Below are positions 27,305 to 32,000 of a stretch of DNA of 32,000 bases, in pieces. The notes under the pieces were generated by a model. That model had not been told where the DNA came from. It worked only from the letters and a program-made list of their open reading frames with translations, and did no database searches. Positions within the stretch are counted from its first letter, which is position 1. Every line of letters begins with the position of its first letter. A program made the translations under genes and the position numbers. Source of the stretch: Acaryochloris marina MBIC11017 (GTDB taxonomy: Bacteria; Cyanobacteriota; Cyanobacteriia; Thermosynechococcales; Thermosynechococcaceae); contig NC_009925.1 of the NCBI RefSeq assembly GCF_000018105.1, positions 1,530,001 to 1,562,000 on the forward strand, given 5' to 3'.

Positions 27305-27994
27305 ATGATGACCCCAGCATTAGAAGATTTACGCATCTCTACCCTTGAAATTGAACGGCTCAGCGGCCTGGAAGTCAGTGATCATTTTCTCAATGGCTTC
27401 CTAATTGGTACCTATCGGTTGCCCTTAAATGCTCCTGGACGTCTCTTGGTGGTCGCCACAACGGAACCCTTAGTTCTGGGACTCTTGCTGATGTTTGCGA
27501 CCCCCATCGGCCTAGGACTGGCTCGTGGCTCAACGTCTGATCTGATGGTCTTGGGATGGATTGGTGCGATCGCACTGGGTCTCTGGATCGTTCGTCAATT
27601 CAGAATGTGGCTCAAAGCCCGGCATCTGCGTAGCTTGATGCGACTGCTCGATGAGGTGGACCATTATCATCAAGTTCTGCAAGCGGTCGATTTATTCGAG
27701 CAATTAGGCGGTGCCGAACAGACACAAACCACAATTTTAGAAGCCCTCAATAAAGCCCGCGAAAGTTTAATTGCGGGTCTCATGACGGAGAAAATTCTAC
27801 GGCAGAATCGGGGCCTGCTGTCTCGTCGCCAAGCCCTGTTGGACAATATCGAGCAAAATCTGATCACCCTGCAGGCGATAGAACTCCAGCATCAGGCCCA
27901 AACCTATAGCGATATTTTGAATCAGGCCGTCGATATCAGTATCCGGGTGCAAGATGAGGTCACCCAGCTATCCCATCTCGAATCAAGCCGTTGA
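27305..27994 (+). CDS. membrane protein with C-terminal coiled-coil, unknown function
   Basis: I call the start at ATGATG 27305, 2 nt after the upstream stop. The track's 27182 start would overlap the previous gene by 121 nt. Two TM helices (LLVVATTEPLVLGLLLMFATPIGLGL; LMVLGWIGAIALGLWIV) are followed by a roughly 120-aa helical region. Confidence 0.7.
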   Translation: MMTPALEDLRISTLEIERLSGLEVSDHFLNGFLIGTYRLPLNAPGRLLVVATTEPLVLGLLLMFATPIGLGLARGSTSDLMVLGWIGAIALGLWIVRQFRMWLKARHLRSLMRLLDEVDHYHQVLQAVDLFEQLGGAEQTQTTILEALNKARESLIAGLMTEKILRQNRGLLSRRQALLDNIEQNLITLQAIELQHQAQTYSDILNQAVDISIRVQDEVTQLSHLESSR

Positions 27995-28014
27995 CCCGCT
28001 AGGTGGTCAGAGTC

Positions 28015-28500
28015 TTAGTTCGCTGCCGATTGCAACCATTGATCTAAGCGGGGAAATTCATCCTCAATGGCCAGCTTGCTTCGTTTGCTCGTAGGGGATT
28101 CATCTGTGGAGAATAATCCATACTCAAGACCTGCCATCAGCAAATGTCGAAAGCTGCTTTTATCTGCTGGATTCATATCCTTGAGCAAGCTGAGCACTTG
28201 CTCTTCCCCCAGTTGATACGTCACTTTTGCCAAGACTTCGCCATGCCAATAACAGAAGGATGCTCCTCCACAGTCAAACTTGATCAGGGTCTGAAAGGCT
28301 TGGGAATCGCCATTGATAGATTGTTGAATCAAGTTTTTATAGGCGTTCTGTTCTTGGCCATCAAAAAAGTTAAACAGCTCTTGCCGAATAGGGATTTCTG
28401 AAACTTGTGGGGGACTGCTGGCGAGCCACATACTGGCTACTAACACTCCCAATGCATTCAGAACTTGTCCAAAAAACACAGTATAGACCTCTTGCTTCAA
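28015..28500 (-). CDS. small membrane-anchored/exported protein, paralogue A (CGGxSFCYWHGEVLAK family, unknown function)
   Basis: 161 aa with an N-terminal TM anchor (VLNALGVLVASMWLASS). The core is about 60% identical to the ORF at 28731-29138 (PIRQEL...FDCGGASFCYWHGEVLAKVTYQLGEEQ...AGLEYG). Confidence 0.75.
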   Translation of the reverse strand: MKQEVYTVFFGQVLNALGVLVASMWLASSPPQVSEIPIRQELFNFFDGQEQNAYKNLIQQSINGDSQAFQTLIKFDCGGASFCYWHGEVLAKVTYQLGEEQVLSLLKDMNPADKSSFRHLLMAGLEYGLFSTDESPTSKRSKLAIEDEFPRLDQWLQSAAN

Positions 28501-28730
28501 GGACCGTTATAGCAGTGGAATTCAAGATATACCACTGTAATTTCCTCAATAAATTTTGAGGAATTTCATGGCATTAGTCTCTTCATAATGTTGCGGAAGC
28601 CTTGCGACAACTTGCATCTACCACGCCGACAAGTGTATTCATCTACTTTCTGAATCACCACTTAGTTTGAGTCTATTAGCAACCATTGATTTAAGCGTGG
28701 GAATTCATGCTCAATTTCTAAATTACTAAG

Positions 28731-29138
28731 TTAGTTGGTTAATGTTCCATCTGTCGTAAATGATCCATATTCCAGGCCAGCTCTAAGCAAGTGGTGGAAT
28801 CGGCTCTTATCTTTGGGGGTCATATTTTCAACCAGTTCTAGTATTTTCTCCTCACCCATGTGATAGACGATTTTCGCTAATACTTCGCCATGCCAATAGC
28901 AAAAGGACACTCCTCCACAGTCAAAGTGGATCAACCGGATAAATGCCCTTGAGTTGCCGTCAATGGATCGGCGCATTAGATCTTTATAGTGATTCTGGTC
29001 TAGAAGATGGGAAGAGTCATACAGTTCTTGCCGAATTGGAATTCCCACCATTTCAGGAGGACCACAAGCCGTCAGCAATAAAGCAGTAACCACCACCCAC
29101 GCCAGTTTCGATGGCCCAATCAACATGATGTCTAACAC
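28731..29138 (-). CDS. small lipoprotein-like exported protein, paralogue B (same family), ends at an in-frame TAA relative to paralogue A
   Basis: 135 aa with a lipobox-like signal VVVTALLLTAC. Core PIRQEL...FDCGGVSFCYWHGEVLAKIVYHMGEEK...AGLEYG. The start lies 7 nt after the kinase stop codon, implying co-transcription. Confidence 0.75.
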   Translation of the reverse strand: MLDIMLIGPSKLAWVVVTALLLTACGPPEMVGIPIRQELYDSSHLLDQNHYKDLMRRSIDGNSRAFIRLIHFDCGGVSFCYWHGEVLAKIVYHMGEEKILELVENMTPKDKSRFHHLLRAGLEYGSFTTDGTLTN

Positions 29139-29145
29139 TAGGCGC

Positions 29146-31158
29146 TTACTGTAGCTTTTTTAGTAAATCGCGGGTGATTCGATACCGTTTAGTATCGCCT
29201 TGTTGCTGAAATAAGTCCTCTGCAATTTTCAGATCCTCAACTGCACCGGCAATATCATTCAGCTTACTTTTGGCACTACCCCGGTTGTAGTAGCTATCGG
29301 CAGGGCTATCGCTATTGCCCCAACCCGAATTAATCGTTAAGGCCTGAGTATAGTCTTCGATAGCAGCTTTATACCGTTTGAGAGCATGATGAGCCTTGCC
29401 ACGGGCGCTGTAGGCAAAGGAACTTTGAGGATCTAAGCGGATGGTTTCGGTGCAGTCTTTGATCGCCCCTTCTGCATCCTTTAACTTCAGCTTAGACTCC
29501 CCTCGGTTGCAATAGGCAAACGAATTCTTGGGATTAAGACGTATGGCTTCGGTGAAATCTTTAATGGCTTGACGGCTTTCGCCCAACTTGTAGCGGGCTA
29601 CCCCCCGACTATTGAATGCATTATCATTGTCGGGGTTGAGGCGAATAGTTTCGGAATAGTCCTCGATGGCCCCCGCATAGTTGGTCAAAGCCGCTTTAGA
29701 AACCCCTCGCAGTAGATAGGCAGGCTCATATTGGGGATTGAGTCGAATAGCTTGGCTAAAGTCTTCAATGGCAGCTCGATGTTCCTTAAGGGCAGATTTG
29801 ACATTGCCGCGATTGTAAAAGGCCAAGGCAAACTGAGGATCGGACTGAATCGCTTGATTATAGTCTTGGATAGCCCCCTCAAAGTCTTTGCGAGCAAATT
29901 TGACATTGCCCCGACCATTGAAAGCATAAACATAGTCCGGGTCGTGCTTTAAGGCTTCGTCATAGTCTATCAGGGCCTCTGGATATTCTTCTAAAGCGTA
30001 CCTGGCATTCCCTCGCCCCAAATAGGCTTGGGCATTGTCTGGACTCAGACGAATCGCTTCGGAATAATCTGCGATCGCATCTTCGTAATTCCGCCGATTA
30101 TACTTGGCATCTCCCCGACGAATAAAGGCTGTGGCGCTTTCTCCCGAGGTTTCAGAGGACGACATGCGCGTGGCAATCATATAGGTGATACCGGACAAAC
30201 TGCCAAGGGTTAAGAATGCGATCGCTGTGCCGATCCAAATCTTCCGGGAGGCCCCTATCTGATTGAGCCAAGAAGACGGGCTTGGAGGATTATGGGTTAA
30301 GTCAGCCAAAACCTGCTGAGCGGACTGATACCGTTGTGCCGGATCAAGTGAAAGCAACTGGGTCAGGATTGCTTGTAGTTCAGGGGTAGTCCGATCCACA
30401 TGAGACTGCCAATTCTCGATCCAGGACTGACCTTGGGTTTGTGCTAGCTCTGAAGGAGAAATACCGCTTAGGAGGTGAAAGCAAGTAGCCCCAAGTCCAA
30501 ACAAATCACTGACAGGGCTAGCCTGTCCTTGTAGTTGCTCAGGAGGCCGATAGCCCAGGGAGCGGCTGCTAGTAGGCCGTTGCGAAGTTTGATTTTCATT
30601 AAGGAACTGAGCAATGCCAAAGTCAATCAGAATGTAGTGCCCCTGGGTATCTTGAAGAATATTTTCTGGCTTGAGATCTCGATGCACCACCCCTTGGTTA
30701 TGCACCACCTGCAACACTGGCAATAAATCCGAGAGAAAATTGCGAACTTGAGGCTCAGTGAACGTCCCTTGCTGGAGCTGATCGAGTAGGGTTTTCCCTT
30801 CAATCAACTGGTGCACCAGATAGAGATACTCCCCTTCTTGGAAATAGGCTAATAAGTCCGGGAGTTGGGAATGATGGCCCAAGGCTTGGAGCTGTTTAGC
30901 TTCTTCTCGAAAAAGTTGAACGGCATTGGGACTAGCCCCAAATGTTTTCAGGGCTAACTGCTTAACAATGCATGGGGTATTGAGCTGATCAACATCCTCT
31001 GCCAGATAGGTCTTCCCCCAGCGTCCAGCTCCAAGGGGTTTGATGATGTTGTAGTGTTTGTGGAGAAATGGGGCGAGGGCCGTGCCACATTGCTGACAAT
31101 ACTTGTGAGTGTCAGGGTTTAGCGGTTTGGTACACTCAGGGTTCAGACAACATGTCAT
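29146..31158 (-). CDS. Ser/Thr protein kinase with N-terminal 4-Cys zinc-ribbon prefix, one TM helix and a C-terminal TPR array
   Basis: 670 aa. CCLNPEC...YCQQCG 4-Cys prefix. Kinase motifs LGAGRWGKTY, CIVKQL, VHRDLKPENIL, IDFGIAQ, GYRPPEQ. TM IWIGTAIAFLTLGSLSGITYMIAT. About nine 34-aa TPR units follow (e.g. AQAYLGRGNARYALEEYPEALIDYDEALKHDPDY). Confidence 0.92.
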   Translation of the reverse strand: MTCCLNPECTKPLNPDTHKYCQQCGTALAPFLHKHYNIIKPLGAGRWGKTYLAEDVDQLNTPCIVKQLALKTFGASPNAVQLFREEAKQLQALGHHSQLPDLLAYFQEGEYLYLVHQLIEGKTLLDQLQQGTFTEPQVRNFLSDLLPVLQVVHNQGVVHRDLKPENILQDTQGHYILIDFGIAQFLNENQTSQRPTSSRSLGYRPPEQLQGQASPVSDLFGLGATCFHLLSGISPSELAQTQGQSWIENWQSHVDRTTPELQAILTQLLSLDPAQRYQSAQQVLADLTHNPPSPSSWLNQIGASRKIWIGTAIAFLTLGSLSGITYMIATRMSSSETSGESATAFIRRGDAKYNRRNYEDAIADYSEAIRLSPDNAQAYLGRGNARYALEEYPEALIDYDEALKHDPDYVYAFNGRGNVKFARKDFEGAIQDYNQAIQSDPQFALAFYNRGNVKSALKEHRAAIEDFSQAIRLNPQYEPAYLLRGVSKAALTNYAGAIEDYSETIRLNPDNDNAFNSRGVARYKLGESRQAIKDFTEAIRLNPKNSFAYCNRGESKLKLKDAEGAIKDCTETIRLDPQSSFAYSARGKAHHALKRYKAAIEDYTQALTINSGWGNSDSPADSYYNRGSAKSKLNDIAGAVEDLKIAEDLFQQQGDTKRYRITRDLLKKLQ

Positions 31159-31370
31159 AAAGCTGCAATCTTTCGGGCTTCACAGGCCACAAGCTGTTGT
31201 CAAAGCATACTTAGTATCGGATAAAGACCTGGCTGAGAGCAAACTCAATTCTTCAAGAAGTGAAAAATCCCAGCTCTCTCATCGGGCTTGTTGAAAGAGC
31301 TCAGTCCAGGGAGCAGTCAAACACAGAATACGGAGATATATCTCCGACGATACATCCATCATTGCGGTAG

Positions 31371-32000
31371 CATCAGAAGACAACAGCTTCTCCAGGAACC
31401 AAAGGAGACAAACCATTCACACTATCCATCATTACCGCCACCCATAACCGAGCAAAGATCCTCCGGTATAACGTTTTAGCCAGTCTGCTCCAGCAATCTA
31501 GGCTGGACTTTGAATGGATTGTTATCAACGATGGCAGAGATAAAGCCACCCGACACCTGATTCAATCCACCTCATTACCCTTTCCTCATCAATACCTAGA
31601 AATCGATCATCCCGTAGAAGAGTTTGGTCTCTGTATCGCTCGCAACCTAGGGATTGAAGCTGCTTCTAGCAACTATGTCTGCTATCTCGACGATGACAAT
31701 AGCTTTCGTCCGGCTTTTGTAGCAACCATCCTTAATTGGATTGAGCAGTATCCCCATAGTCGATTTATCTTGCCTCAGCAATGGCGTCGCAGAGATGTGA
31801 TCAAGGAAGGGAAAATGATCAAACAGGGCAAACCCTTTATATCTCCCAGTGCTGACACAACCCTTGATGATCTGGTCTGTCAGCAAGCCCTCTTTGACAG
31901 CAACGGCTTTGTCCATCGTCGACTCAATTCACTGGGCTGGAATCCCCAGTACAGAGTTTTCTGCGATTATGAATTCTTTCTTCAATGTTTAAGTCAATGC
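31371..32000 (+). CDS. family 2 glycosyltransferase (partial; runs off the right edge; start codon unresolved)
   Basis: The frame is open from 31371 (after TAG 31368-31370) to the window end. It encodes FTLSIITATHNRAKILRYNVLASLLQQSRLDFEWIVINDGRD...GLCIARNLGIEAASSNYVCYLDDDNSF, which carries the GT2 N-terminal beta-strand/NR motif, a D-x-D-type DDD motif and NxG. There is no ATG, GTG or TTG between 31371 and the conserved SIITATHNR block. Confidence 0.7.

Noticed and set aside
31647-31916. 89-aa minus-strand ORF, and the plus-strand ORFs 31109-31294 and 31288-31479.
   Set aside because: The first lies antisense within the GT2 coding frame, which has clear family motifs. The other two lie in the kinase/GT2 intergenic region and have low-complexity translations.
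1-32000. Search for tRNA, rRNA, tmRNA or RNase P genes, including T-arm GGTTCGAATCC-type motifs on both strands.
   Set aside because: No T-loop consensus or rRNA-like conserved blocks were found by eye. A covariance-model scan (tRNAscan-SE, Infernal) would be needed to exclude small structured RNAs.

Overview
This looks like an ordinary cyanobacterial chromosomal segment. The taxonomic call rests on nine perfect HIP1 octamers (GCGATCGC), where about 0.5 would be expected by chance in 32 kb, plus several lineage-typical genes: PTOX, a phycobilisome-like globin protein, a CCB/DUF2930-like protein and a 4-Cys-prefix Ser/Thr kinase. I support about 30 protein-coding genes. I found no rRNA, tRNA or CRISPR array, and the only mobile-element trace is the last 22 codons of a transposase at the left edge.

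Gene content, left to right:
- an orphan NrdG-like radical-SAM activase
- PTOX, divergent from an HxlR regulator
- an amino-acid ABC substrate-binding protein
- a CDF metal exporter
- a 915-aa GAF-GAF hybrid histidine kinase
- a [2Fe-2S] ferredoxin plus phycobilisome-like protein pair
- a DUF2930-like and DUF456 pair
- a 1483-aa secreted repeat protein (5 PPC-like, 5 Calx-beta, RTX)
- a MerR/TipAS regulator
- a NarL-type two-component pair
- two GNATs and a SAM methyltransferase
- a TPR protein
- tRNA 2-selenouridine synthase (SelU)
- two membrane proteins
- an operon of a TPR Ser/Thr kinase with two small exported paralogues
- a partial GT2 glycosyltransferase

I see no recognisable defence island or clearly novel multi-gene system. 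The observations most worth a second look are:
1. A base-perfect 363-bp x 3.8 tandem repeat inside the giant gene.
2. An in-frame TAA that cuts a still-conserved, still-in-frame 21-codon tail off one of the two kinase-linked paralogues.
3. The kinase plus exported-paralogue operon itself.
4. A dense TACCT half-site array between HxlR and PTOX.
5. A MerR-type promoter with a 20-bp spacer.

All family assignments come from motif recognition by eye, not from database searches.
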